A stretch of DNA of 64,000 nucleotides, taken from the NCBI GenBank assembly GCA_038087875.1, contig JAXLNO010006153.1:1-64000 (forward strand). The letters run 5' to 3'. The notes beneath the pieces were generated by a model. That model was not told where the DNA came from and did not search any database. It was given only the letters and a program-made list of their open reading frames with translations. This document shows, in pieces, positions 1 through 13,062 of the stretch. The first letter of the stretch is position 1. Every line of letters begins with the position of its first letter. Position numbers and translations under genes: made by a program. This DNA is from Malacoraja senta (lineage: Eukaryota).

Positions 1-1150
1 GATTCAATTTAGGAGACGAACAGAATTATTTTAGAGACCCAGAACATCTTCACAATCCAGATCCTTGAATGGCAACAAAACAAGTTGATTCTTGGTAAAA
101 ACTAAATACAACATATATAGTTCCACTCAAATAAATCAACTTGATACTGTATTAACCAGTGAAACAGTGACAGCATTTTTCACTAGCTCGGTCATTTGAA
201 AACCATTAATAAGTTGATGATCGAGCTAGCACAGTGCATGGTCTTTTCATGCCACAGCATGTCTTAAGCTTGTAACTCATTCATGATGAGGCAAACTGAT
301 GGGTCCTGGTTAAGTTAGAAGAAAGAGTACTCCGTGAAAGCCAAGAGGAATTCCAAGCCCTGGAATCATTCTGATCCACTCATTCTGGGATATTAAAATA
401 GTTTGCATTTTAAAGACGGGCTGCAAATGCAAATGGAAGCGATCGTGAAGCAAATGATTTGCCTGCCAAGTAAATCAGGGAATATTTCATGAGGAATTAT
501 TGAAGTGACAAGGAGGGATGTGAATAATGCACAGGGACATAATGGGGAGACACACCTGCCAATCAATCAAACATACACCACGCAGTCCGAAAAAAATCCA
601 GATAACAAACTACAAAACGTGAAATCAATATGCGAACACTTGACATTCTGAACTTAAAAGGACTGATTTACCTTTACATTTAAATGAACGATGCCAATAT
701 TCCCATTGATATTGAATATTGATGCCAATATTCCCATTGTTTCCTATTTCTTGGAGTTTTAATGCTTTGTATTGTTGTCAGTAGGGATAGTGGGAGGCAG
801 TGATGTATATTTTAATGAATTAGTACCAGGATCCATCAAGTTATTCTGCAGTGGCATATTATAGCTTTGCAATGAAATAAAGATGATTTTGCTCCATTTG
901 CATTGTGTTCAGCATTGGTATTCTGTATGCAACACACTATCAACGGCACCATGTATGCAGTTGTGGAATTGAACTTTAGAATCAGCACACAGTACACAGC
1001 AACTACATGGTTCAAACTTATTGGCAGTAACCCAAGATGGATTGCAACCCATTTGCTTTCCTTCTCAAAAAATGAATTCCCTACTATAACAATTATATAT
1101 TGTACAATTACAGAAGGGGTTTTATAAAATATATTAAATTAGTTCAGTAG

Positions 1151-1242
1151 GTAGACACAAACTGCTGGGGTAACTCAGCAGGACAGGCAGCATCTTTGGA
1201 GAGAAGCAATGGGTGACCTTTCGGGTGAAGACCCTTCTTCAG
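1151..1242 (-). mobile_element. 92-nt stand-alone Penelope terminal module (hammerhead-like)
   Basis: Reverse complement of the module; 10-bp TSD agttcagtag (1141-1150 and 1243-1252). Confidence 0.85.
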
Positions 1243-1889
1243 AGTTCAGTAGATACACAACATGAAGGATGATAACAGGCAGCCGACTATAGGGCAACTC
1301 CCTCTTAACTGCATCAGTGTCACTATAAGGATAAAGAACATGGCTTGATAACTTCTCTCGCCATTTTGCAGAATCATGCTGCACAAATACGAAAGTGCCA
1401 CTGTGGAAGTAAACTGAATATCCCTCCATTGTCAATGAGTTCCCCTTCCTTCGCTTCTGAAACTAGGCTGACATCTGGTCCTTGGTTTCGTTGTCATTCA
1501 AGTGTTCTGAAGTGGGAAACTGTTTGCAACAGGAAGTGCAACACAACCAAGCACAGCGCTCAACTCACCCAACAGTAACACAGGCAGATTTCGAGTCAAG
1601 GTCAGTAGATAGTAAACCAGAACAGGAAAGTCTGGATCATTTATTTCCTCCCAACTCTGGCTCTGAGGAAAATTGTGGGAACCCTGGTGCTCCTCAGGAT
1701 ATCAGTCAACTGAACACAGACTGGGGATTGTCTGGGTCTTAGCTACTCACTAAAAAGCACATGGGCAAAGCATTCACTAAGAGCACTCACAAACAGAGGA
1801 TGTGGGCCAGCCTAACAGATGCTCACAACTCATTTCATAATTTGTCACTGCAATAAATGGATGATATCTATTCGTCTATTTTGTAAATA

Positions 1890-3430
1890 TTCACTTTCAG
1901 CATCTGGATGTCTCTAGCAAGGTCAGGATTTATTGCCCAATCCAAAATACCTTCAAAAAAGGTATTGCCGCCTCGATACACTACAACTCTTCCTCCGTAG
2001 ATACCCCCGCAGTGTAGTCGGGCAGAGAGTTCCAGGATTTCAACCAAGTGATTATGAAGGAACAGTGATACATTTCTAAGTCACTCATATATTATCATGG
2101 AAACTTGCCTTTTGGCCCAACTTGCCCATGCTGACCAAGATACCCTATCTACGCTAGTCAGAACGATGTGTGGTTTAAACATGCATGATTGCGTTCCTAA
2201 ACATCTACTGCCATTTTCTTTCTTTGCGGATTTGGAAAATACTGTGGGAGTTGACCATGGCAAGGAACTGCAGCACATCTCAAAGATGGCACACAATATA
2301 GCCAATACAGGTTCCAAGCATGTGCCTTGTGGATCATCATCAGCCAGCTCAATACAGCCATTGTGTACCAATGGTGGAAAAAAATGAATGCTTGGTATGG
2401 CTGATGGGGTGTCATTAAGTGGGCTACATTGTCCAACACGACATTGAGCCTTTTGTGAGTTGATGAGTTACTCAAACAATGTGAGTGGAGAATATTCTAT
2501 TATGCTCCAGGCATGTGCCTTGTGGATCATCATCAGCCAGCTCGTTGTTTCAAGATTGTCCAGAGCTGAGTGTCCAAACTCAAATTGGTCACCGGTGAGT
2601 AGGTTATTGGTGAGTAACTGGGGCTTTAGAACTTTGGTGTTGATGATAGCTTCCATCACCTTGCTGATGATTGAGAGTAGACTGACTGGATGGAAACTGT
2701 ATGGCCAGTGTTGTAATTATATTGAAACTGCTTGGCTGAAGGTGCAGCAAGTTCTGGAGTGCATGTCTTCAGTACTAGATCTAAGATATTGCCTGGTCAT
2801 AAAACCTTTGCTGTATTCAGGGCTCTCAGTCATTTCTTGTTATCACGATGAGCGAATCCAAGTGGTTGAACACCGACTGTTGTGATAGTGGGAATCTCAG
2901 GAGGATACTTGAATGGATCTTCCATTCAGCACCCGACTGAATATGATTGTGAATGCTTTGGCCTTTTCTTTAGCACTCACATGCTGCCGCTCCTACCACT
3001 GATAAAGGGGGTGATCTTGAACCCTTCTCCTCCTGTTTGCTGTTCAATTGCTCACCACCATTCATGACTAGAAGTGGCAGGTCAACAGAGCCTCTATCTG
3101 ATGCGTTGGTTGTAAGATCACTTATTGCATGCTGGTTTTGTTGTTTACTCTGCACATGGTTCTGTATTGCAGGTTCCACATAAACGTTTGGTACACCTGA
3201 TGTTGCTCCCAGCATGCACTCTTCAGTGAACTAGGGTTGACACATTGTCTTGACACTAAATGGTGGAGTGTGGGAAAGTACCAGGCCAATGTGTACTTCT
3301 GTTGATGGTCCACAGTGCTTCCTGGATGCCTGCTTTTGTGATGCCAAATCTGTTCTGACTCCAACATTTGTAGTGCCACAAACGTAATGGAGAGTCCCCT
3401 AGCTGCAAGGGTGGACCTTTGTCATCCCAA
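1890..3430 (-). mobile_element. Decayed CR1/L2-group LINE
   Basis: Remnants such as MMEAIIN...LLTNNLLTGDQFEF (2468-2659 frame) and IEYSPL. Confidence 0.65.
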
Positions 3431-3487
3431 AGAGTGCAGAGCCTGTATCTTTGTAAACATAAGAAATTGCCAATGCTTAATAAAAAA

Positions 3488-3600
3488 AGTGTTGGAGTAA
3501 CTCAGTGGGTCAGGCTGCATCTCTGGGGGACACGCATAGGTGACGTTTCACGTCGGGACTATTCATCGGACGGATTGTAGTAGAGGGAAGAAAGCTGCAG
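3488..3600 (-). mobile_element. Diverged Penelope terminal module
   Basis: ggagtaactcagtgggtcaggctgcatctctgg...gtgacgtttc. Confidence 0.75.
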
Positions 3601-4938
3601 GAGAGCTTTGTATTTTTGTAACTTTTATTCATCTGCTCCTTGGACTGTGTTCAACCTTTCAATAATTATTATACGTGCAAGCTGATAGCTTGCTGTGCAG
3701 ACATGGAGTAAAAACAGATAGTTCTAAGATTGTAAGCACATTGCAAAGGAGCTGTTACAGCTTGAGTTACAGGTTCAAATTATTTATCTTATCCAAGCAA
3801 GTCCACTGCTTTCTTTTAAAATAAAGCCAAATAGAAAAAGCAATAAAAGAATATTATAATTGCCAAAATTATAATTCGTTTTGCAGGCCTGCTGAGTTGC
3901 AAAGGTAATGGTTAATGTGCAAAGTCGTATACTGCAGCGATCACCGAGGACAGGCTGGAAATAACTTGGCTGATATTAGCAAATAAACAGATTAAACATT
4001 GATCTACTGATCTCAGCTGCAGAAATTACTAAGTCCCAACTGTGACATCCCTTACATTGGAATTTTGAGTCAAATCAATTTTTTTAAAGCACACTGATTT
4101 GGCTGTATAAAGTTTGCCAAAATAAACCCATTTAAAGTCCACATTTCCTTTAGCTTTGGAAACCCCAAATTCCAAAGAAAGGTGGGGGGTGGTAGTAAAA
4201 TATAATATTGACAACCCTCACCTCATGTTGAAGGTGTGGAAAATGTTCAACTGGGAATACGGTCTGAAGGCAGGGCCAGCAGCTGTGTGTTTTGAGCCTC
4301 CTCTAATTGCACACACACAATCAAATTGCTTTCTATGCAACATCTTTTGGGAGTGACTCCTGATGGACGTGTATGAAAATGTCCTTCCCCGCCCCCACAA
4401 AACTACACAAGCATTGAGTACAATGACTCTCCTCTTGTTTTAAATAAAGAAAACAACTTCAATGCTGCTGGGGGAAACAAATATGAACAGCAGCTCCAGG
4501 CAGGTGTCACAAGAGACATCTTATTTGCAATTGCGTCAGAAGTGGGAAACGGCAACTAATTACAAGCGATCAGCTTCATTGGTTCATGATGACAATGAAT
4601 CAAACTTGCCTGGGATGTTAACCACACTATACCCACTGCCATTATCCACCACTGCGCACCAGTCCAAACACTCTGCTATCAACATCCACGCAGCCCACAA
4701 CTGGAGGCTGGCAGGCAGGAGTTACGGCAGCCATATTTATATTATTAACATTGTCCTCAGTCCTAAAATGGAGATGTAGTCATGGCGTAGGCAGAAGACC
4801 TGCCCCAGCAAAGCTGTAGATCCAGAAGAAAAATCTGCCAACTGGTAGTGTTTACCATGGCCAACACTCTCACACCTCATGCCCCAAGCTCAGCATTAAC
4901 AAGTAGTGTCAAAAGCTCGCAAACAATACTCTAAACCT

Positions 4939-5688
4939 CCAACGTGACCCCACCACTCGCCACATCTTCCCATCTCCCCCCATGTCTGCCTTCCGCAAAG
5001 ACCGCTTCCTCCGTAACTCCCTTGTCAATTCTTCCCTTCCCTCCCATACCACCCCCTCCCCTGGTACTTTCCCTTGCAAACGCAAGAGATGCAACACTTG
5101 TCCCTTCACCTCCCCCCTCCACTCCATTCAAGGACCCAAGCAGTCGTTCCAGGTGCAACAGAGGTTCACCTGCATCTCCTCCAACCTCATCTATTGCATT
5201 CGCTGCTCTAGATGCCAGCTGATCTACATCGGTGAGACCAAGCGGAGGCTTGGCGATCGTTTCGCCGAACACCTCCGGTCGGTCCGCAATAACCAACCTG
5301 AACTCCCGGTGGCTCAGCACTTCAACTCCCCCTCCCATTCCGTATCTGACCTCTCTGTCCTGGGTCTCCTCCATGGCCACAGCGAGCAACACCGTAAATT
5401 GGAGGAAATGCACCTCATATTCCGCTTGGGCAGTCTACATCCTGGGGGTTTGAACATTGAATTCTCCCAATTCTGCTAGCCCTTGCTGTCCCCTCCCCTT
5501 CATCAGCCATCTGGTTGTCTCCTCCCCTCCCCCAGCCCTCGGGCTCCTCCTCCGCCTTTTTCCTTTTTTCCTTTCTTCTCCCCACCCCCTATCAGTCTGA
5601 AGAAGGGTTTCGGCCCGAAACGTTACCTATTTCCTTCGCTCCATAGATGCTGCTGCACCTGCTGAGTTTCTCCAGCATTTTTGTGTAC
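4939..5688 (+). mobile_element. 5'-truncated Penelope-like element (Neptune-type) with GIY-YIG endonuclease and terminal module
   Basis: ORF 4982-5479 has a CKRKRCNTC Cys motif and LIY...YIGETKRRLGDRFAEH. Hammerhead-like core at 5597-5625. 10-bp flanking duplication ctctaaacct (4929-4938 and 5689-5698). Confidence 0.92.
4982..5479 (+). pseudogene. Open C-terminal fragment of the Penelope-like ORF (Cys-rich linker plus GIY-YIG endonuclease); reverse transcriptase absent
   Basis: Uninterrupted 165-aa frame with GIY-YIG motifs and an element-type C-terminus (GLNIEFSQF*). Confidence 0.88.
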
Positions 5689-6934
5689 CTCTAAACCTAT
5701 AATATGGCTTTCAGTTCCACTCAGACTGATTCACAAGACCCTGTGGTCCTCCCATTGTTGAAGTTAGTCCATGATGGGTCAGTACATACATTGTTGATCC
5801 ATGATAGTTGTGGCAGAGAAAAATCTGTTAGGAGTGACCTTGATGCCTCAGCATGGAATGCAAGCAAGGATTAGGATGGGGAGTCAATGTTCTGCTGAAA
5901 AAAAGTGCAAGATTAAATAAAGGGACAATTTTAGGACAGGCAGGGGTGAGCAGGTGATGTACTTCAATTGTCATACGAGGGGATTGATGGAAATTATTGG
6001 GATTTAAGATGATTATATCTGCAGCACATGGCTGCAGCCAGAGAAACATTGGCTCAGAGTTGATGTCCAAAATTCAAACACTGCATTGCATCAGAGAAGG
6101 GGAAAGTTATCTGGTAGCTTCATTCCAGGAGGCAGTCACAACCTTTAGGTTGAATACCGGAGAACTGGTCAATCAAGAAGGATAACATGGTGTGGCAACG
6201 TGAGGCAGGTATTGGGATGAGAAAGTAACAATGGTCAGTGCTTCAACTTGTCCGATACATACAAAGTTCTTGCAACCTGTGTGGACAAGAGTACTCTGGT
6301 TTGGGAGCCATTCGAGATAGGGGAATGAAAGGGAGGACCTTAAGGTTAGATGGAGAAATAGGCAGATGTGAGTATGAATCTCAAAGGTGTTACTAGCTGC
6401 GAGGTGCCAGGAGTAAGGGTATCTCCTCAGAGCTGGAGAGGAACTTGGAGCGGGAAGGGAAAGACAAATTATTGTGATCCTTGCGGAACTAATGTGCTGG
6501 GAGAGTACAACAAAGGCTCTGCTGAAGGAGAATAAGCAGTTAAGAGTCCAAATCAACAAAGGTAATAACCTTTGGATTGCCACACAATTGAGCCTCGTAT
6601 AAATTGGCAACGGGTAAATGAGATTAGAGAATTGAATGTGAGACTCAATAGATTGGAGTGGGAGAAGTGTGTTTCATTTCACGGGACACTGGCACTTATA
6701 CTGGGAAAATGGTTCCATTGGATCGAGTTTCAATTTAATCAGGCAAGAGCTAGTGCCTCAGCTAATCGAATAACTATGTGTATGATATGAACTAATAACA
6801 ATAATATGATTTTAAACAAATTCCTAGGGAGGGGAGGTAGGGAATGGTCTGGTATGGGAAATTTATGAAGTTAAAGAGAAAGGACAAAGCCATTGAGCAA
6901 GGTAGTGCCGATAACTGGAGTGTACCAGGGCAAA

Positions 6935-7067
6935 ATGTGTAGGAAAGAACTGCAGATTCTGGTTTAAATCAAAGGTAGACACAAAATGCTGGAGTAGCTC
7001 AGCAGGACAGGCAGCATCTCTGGGGAGAAGGAATGAGTGACGTTTCGGGTCGAGACCCTTCTTCAGA
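6935..7067 (-). mobile_element. Penelope terminal module with 3' tail and intact hammerhead-like core
   Basis: Minus strand reads CTGAAGAAGGGTCTCGACCCGAAACGTCA. Confidence 0.87.
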
Positions 7068-7262
7068 ACTAACATTGCATATGAACAAGTGAGTATACCT
7101 CGTGCTAGAGTCAGATCAAGGAGATGTGGTACAAAGACAAATTTAAATGATCTTTATCTGAATGCATACTGCATTCATAATAAAAACAAATGATCAATGC
7201 TGGGAATTAAATATTCCAGGGTACTTGTATTTTTTAGAGGAGATGGGCAAAATAGAAAAGGA

Positions 7263-8114
7263 TCTCACCAGGGTCTCCTCGATATCCCGCAGCTTCTCTC
7301 TTGTTCCACCTACCCCCATTCGTAACAAGGACAGAGTCCCCCTTGTCCTCACCTTCCACCCCATCAGCCGTCACATACAGCATATAATCCTCCAACATTT
7401 TTGCCATCTCCACCGGGATCCTACTACTAGCCACATCTTCCCCTCTCCACCCCTTTCTGCTTTCCGCAGAGACCGTTCCCTCCACAACTCCCTGGTCAAC
7501 GTCCCTTCCCACCCAAACTACCCCCTCCCCAGGTACTTTCCCCTGCAAGCGCAGGAGATGCAACACCCGTCCTTTACCTCCCCCCTCCTCTCCATCCAAG
7601 GACCCCGACAGTCTTTCCAGGTGAGGCAGAGGTTCACTTACACCTCCTCCAACCTCATCTACTATATCCCGTTCCAGGTGTCAACTTCTGTACATCGGCG
7701 AGACCAAGCGCAGGCCCGCCGATCGTTTCGCTGAACTCCTCCGCTCAGTCTGCCTTAACCTACCTGATCTCCCAGTTGCTCAGCCTCCCCCTCCCATTCC
7801 CAATCTGACCTTTCTGGCCTGGGCCTCCTCCATTGTCAGAGTGAGGCCCAGCACATATTGGAGGAACAGCACCTCATACTTTGCTTGGGTAGCTTACACC
7901 CCAGCGGTATGAACATTGACTTCTCTAAGTTCAAATAGCCTTTGCTTTCCCTCTCTCTCCACCCTCTCCCCCTTCCCAGTTCTCCAACCAGTCTTACTGT
8001 CTCCGACTGCATTCTATCTCTATCCCGCCCAATCCCCTGACATCAGGCTGAAGAAGGGTCTCGACCCGAAACATCACCCATTCTTTCTCTCCAAAGATGC
8101 TGCCTCGCTGTGTC
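7263..8114 (+). mobile_element. 5'-truncated, frameshifted Penelope-like element nested in a CR1 relic
   Basis: Homologous to 4939-5688 (DRVPLVLTFHP...SAFRRDRSL). 15-bp TSD caaaatagaaaagga (7248-7262 and 8115-8129). Hammerhead-like core at about 8048-8075. Confidence 0.9.
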
Positions 8115-8927
8115 CAAAATAGAAAAGGAGTCAGGTATGCCTAATATTACCATAGCAGAATAAAGAGAGCAAAGAGAAAAAAAACAGACTCAAAAATATC
8201 AATTAAAATAAGCTTGGGTGGAGATAAGAGATGGCAAAAGTCAAACAACTTTGGCAGGTGTTGCATGTAGACACTAAAAACAGGAGTGATAATCTTAGAG
8301 TGTAGTAACCAAGGGAATAAAAGAATCACAGGGACTTTAATGTACATGTAAGCCGGCAAATCAAATGACTGTGGAAGTGTGAGGGATGAATTCATCAAGT
8401 GCATAAGTAATGGTTTGCTGGATCAGAAATCAAAGCAGAGTCTATTGCACATCTAGCATTGTGTACGAATGGAAAGGTTAATTATGGTATTAAATCTAAC
8501 CAAGGCAAACTACGAAAGCAGGTTGTATGATCTGGTCGTGCATAATTGGAAACTACACTAACAGAGAGTGAACGCACACGACCTTTTTCCCCACGGTTGG
8601 AGAATCAAGAATTAGAAGGCACAGGTTTAACGTGAGTGGGGATGATTTAACAAGAACCTAAGGGGCAGCTTTTTCACTAAGAAGTTGGTATGTATATGGA
8701 ACGAACTACGGGAGGAAATGATTGAGGCAGATATAAGAACATTTAAAATAATTTGGACAGGTACATGGATAGGAAGGTTTTAGATAAATGTGTGTCCAAA
8801 ATGGGCAAGTGGGACATAAGCAGATCGGCATAGACAAGTCAAGCTGAATGGCTTATTTTCATGCTCCATATAGTAAATAGGCAATGGCAAACTTTTAAGA
8901 ACCTTTGGATATCAAAAGGTAAGGAAA

Positions 8928-9260
8928 GTAGAAACAGGGAACTGCAGATGCTGGTTTGCACAAAAAAAAGTACTGGAGTAATTCAGCAGCTAATGCAGCA
9001 TCTCTGGAGAACATGGATAGGTGACATTTTGGGTCGAGTCCCTTCTTCAGACTGTTGGGGGGCAGGGGGGGTCGGAAGAAAACAGGAAGAAAGGAGGAGC
9101 AGGACAAAGTCTGGCAGGTAGTAGGTAAGTACGGATGAGGGAGATTTCTGATAGGCAGATGGTTGGACAAAGGTTCGAGATGAAAAGACAGTTACGAGAC
9201 AAAAGGATTGAAGAGTTGCGAATTGTGAAGCTAGAGGATGGAATGTAGATGGAAGTGGAG
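8928..9260 (-). mobile_element. Penelope-like 3' fragment
   Basis: Module plus tail, followed by an upstream segment that is purine-rich on the plus strand. Confidence 0.75.
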
Positions 9261-12200
9261 GAGGAGGAGGAGGAGGAGTGAAATAGGTGTGAGAAATAGG
9301 TGTGAAATGGTTAGTAACCGTGAGATCCAGTAGGCCTTGACGTACTAAGTACATGTATTTGGTGAAACAGTTGCCGGGTCAATGCCTAGTCTCGTCATTG
9401 TACAGGCTTATAACGTTCCCAAGAAGGGCGGTAATCTGAGAATAGGGAACATTTCAGAATTCGACAAAGAAGGACCAAGTTGACGTTAAGAAAAGGGATA
9501 AATGAAAATGAAGGTAATCTAGTGAGAAATAAAACAGACTACAAAAATCCGACGTAAAAAAGGAAAGAAAATAGCAAAAATTAATGTGGTACAAATTATG
9601 TTGCAGAGTAAAGAATGAGCTGAAATATTAAATAAGTGTCTTTCACATAACATGGAAGAAGATGGTGGAGAACTATAGTTTTGAGTGAATAAGGGGCTCA
9701 AAGAAATTGACATTAGTGGAAAAAATGAATACTAGATAAATTAATGGATAAATTCCCAGGGCTAGATGACCATCATCTTTGGGGCTCACAAGAGAGTGAT
9801 TATGGAAATAGTTGGTACAGTCACCTTACAAAATTCCATAGATTCTACAATAATCTCCACAGGTTGGAAGACATCAAGAGTAAGCTCAAAAGTGTATCAA
9901 AACTTAAGTAAGAAGGGAGAGAGAAAACTGGAAACTTTAAAGTTAGCCCCAAAATAGAGGTAGGGAGGCTAATGAAACTTTGGAATTCGCTAAACAGTCA
10001 CGGTTAACACATGGTAAGCAACTAGAAAAAGATTCATAGGGAATACAGTATTTCTTTTCACTGCTGGAGATTGAGCCAACCTATTCACCACTATGATTCA
10101 GCTTTTCCTTGAAGGTTTTGGCCTTTCAGAAGTTGCTAAAACAGTTGCAGAACTGCTGATGAAGTCAGGAGGAGGAGGAACAAAGAGGAATAAAAACAAA
10201 GCAAAGACTGACGACTAAAATTACCATGCCACTATTTCATTCCATGTCCTACAAAACATCTGTTGCGATATTTGATAGAGAAAAATTGGCCAATTGTGCA
10301 ACTGACAAACTATGGAGAAATGAAATATTTGTTGGCTTTGAGAAGCAGGATAGGAACCACAGTAGTTGCCATCTCCTGAATTTTTCCAGAAGTGTTGTTA
10401 ATCATATATCAACATACTCCGTGATTTGTGAGTTCTGTGTTTAGATGTGCAGATCCAATAGCACGATAGTAAACTACAAACAAAATATAAGCAAATGACA
10501 ACCCTTTTGCTGGTAACTTTATTCAATTTTATTGAGAAAGTTGCCTGTAAGGTTTATTCATCTCTCCGGACACCAGAACATGAGTGGAATGAGAATAAAA
10601 ATGAAAGGGAACATTGGAACTTCAGGTGAACTTAAAATGAGTCTCAAAAATTTAGATAAGAGAAAAGTTAAGGTATACTTTTTTATTTTTTTACCTCAGT
10701 TTTCATTGTAAAATGTGAACAAAATTAGTACATAATTCCAGACAGAAATATCCAAAACATTCTTAACAAAATAAGCGAAAATCAGCAAAGAAATTTGATG
10801 CACAATTTTTCCAGAGGCAGTCTCTAACAGCAGGAATCTTGACAGGTGATAGGTAGGTATTCTTGACAACACACATCTTAATGAAGTTGATTTTATTTTG
10901 CTGGCAACATTCACACAGGTGATAACATCATCAACATGCATGACACTCATTCCTGTCTTACTAACAGAAGTTAGAGTTATAATGTGACACCTAGGATCTT
11001 CGTTTGCAAATCTTAGTAAAACAAGGAGCAAACCCTGCAGCATGTTGGCAAGGAGACAGGAATTAACAAAATCATGCACAGCAGAGGCATGCTGTGAACT
11101 CTGCCTGGATAATGATCTCATGCCTCATGGGGTAAAGCTACTCTCAGCAAAAGATCCAATCTGTGAGGATGAGGGATTGCAGAGTGTTGGGGTTCGGTCC
11201 AGTGATGTATTTCCAGTATATTTCTTTGTCTCCATGGCAGCCTTTTATGTTTCTGCATTGTGACTGAAAACAATTCTTTAAGGTTCTGGCACATATTCCC
11301 CATTCTTCCTAGTGGTAAAGGCAAGGCACGCTGCCTTTTACAGCAACTTGCATACAACAGATTCACTAGAGCTCAGAGAGAATGAATTGTGTCTCCTACG
11401 AGAGGTCTACCCCTTCATCTGGGCTTGTCAATGATCAAGGGTGCTCTTGAATGCTCTGGTAATGGGAGTATAGTGGAGCAGTTGGTAAGTTAGTAAACTA
11501 GCAGGCAGAGTTTGAGGTCACTGGTTCAAGAACTACCATGGTAGTTGGGAAATTTAAATTCCATTAATTAAATAATTCTGGAGTGTTAAATCTTAATCTT
11601 AGTAATAGTATCCGTGAAATCGCTGAATGTGGTTAAAACAAAACTATTGAATTAGAATGGTTGAAAGGGAAAGAGCAGCATTATTAGGAAAACTGCTTTA
11701 AAAAATATGATGCAGGGAAAGTTAGTGAAACTTAAGTAAAATAAATGTCAGGTCTTGACAGATTACAGAGAGAAGTGGGAAAGAAGATGGTCTTCACAGT
11801 CCTTCGTTCATCCTCACATTTGGACACTGCGCTAAAGGAATGGAAGCTGCTGGCAATATCTGAATTGAAAGAGAAAGTGGGGAAACCCTTCAGCCCCACA
11901 TGAAGGCAGAGCATGTAAAGTTGACAGATCTCCTCCCTTTAAGAATATTAGAGATTCAGATATAATATTAAGACCAGGTTTGTGATTATTAACAGATGTA
12001 AATCCCACAGGTGCCATGCTAATAGTTGAGCTCATGTCACTGGACGTTTAGTCCAAGCCTCTGGATTACTATTGTTCCATCACTATTTCCCGTATCAGGC
12101 AACTAGCACAAATTATATAAACCACAATATAGTTCTTTAAGGAAATGTAAATTGCATTGATATGGAAACACAGTAAATGTTTTGCATGTAAACTTTCAAA

Positions 12201-12764
12201 TGGCACATAATGCCATGTAAATGTCTTTAATAAAATTTCCCCTGATTATGATGAAAGAGAGTGTTGGCGAGAGTACAGAATGTTTTTATATTTTGCCAAA
12301 ACGATCAGTGGGGTTAATCGAAGGTTAATATAGTCGTTGGTACATAGGGGAAAATAGTTAGAATGTAGAAGTTAACCATGTACAGTACTGATCCAAAGGC
12401 CCAAAGTAAATATCAAGACGCAAGTTCAACTCTTAGCATGACTGTGGAACTTAAGTTTATTCACAATCTGGAACCCTATCTTAAAATTATATCTGATTGT
12501 CCAATGAGGAAAATATCTGGCATCCTTGCATGGTCTGGCTTGATGTTAGGCTAATAAGTTCCCCACATTTTCTCTTATATCTAAGATATTGCCAGCAGCT
12601 TCCATTGCTTAGCACAATGGCCAAATGAGAAGATATATGAAGGATTGTAATAACCATCTCCTTTCCTTCTTCTCTGTATATAGAACTTTGTCTTAAGATT
12701 TTGGAGATAACACAGTTTAGGAAGTGTGAAGATGGCATGCAAAGTTGCAAGAGGGAGCGGGAAA

Positions 12765-13062
12765 GGGTGGCAAAGTGGAGCAGGTGCTGCCGCTGCCTCT
12801 TGGCTCCAGAGACCCGGGTTCAATCATGGCCTCGTGTGCAGTTTGCACTTGTTCTCCCTGTGACTGCGTGGGTTTCCTCCAGGTGCTCTGGTTTCCTCAC
12901 ACATACCAAAGGTATGCAATAATTGGCCTCTGTAAATTGCCGCTCGTGTGCATGGAGTGGATCCAAAAGTGGGATAACTAGAACTAGTGCAAATGGGTGA
13001 TCGCTGATCAGCGTGAACTCAGTGGGCCGAAGGACCTTTTTCCATGCTGTACCTCTAAACTA
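12765..13062 (+). mobile_element. HE1-type SINE
   Basis: Homologous to 30493-30814. Confidence 0.85.

Larger units (their letters stand above)
5830..9960 (+). mobile_element. Fragmented old CR1 relics hosting Penelope insertions
   Basis: WELNIPGY endonuclease-region remnant near 7200; CR1 3' end at about 8560-8870; boundaries approximate. Confidence 0.55.

Noticed and set aside
1482-1742. Protein-like 86-aa plus-strand ORF
   Set aside because: Non-ATG start, no recognisable domain, and antisense within an intron.
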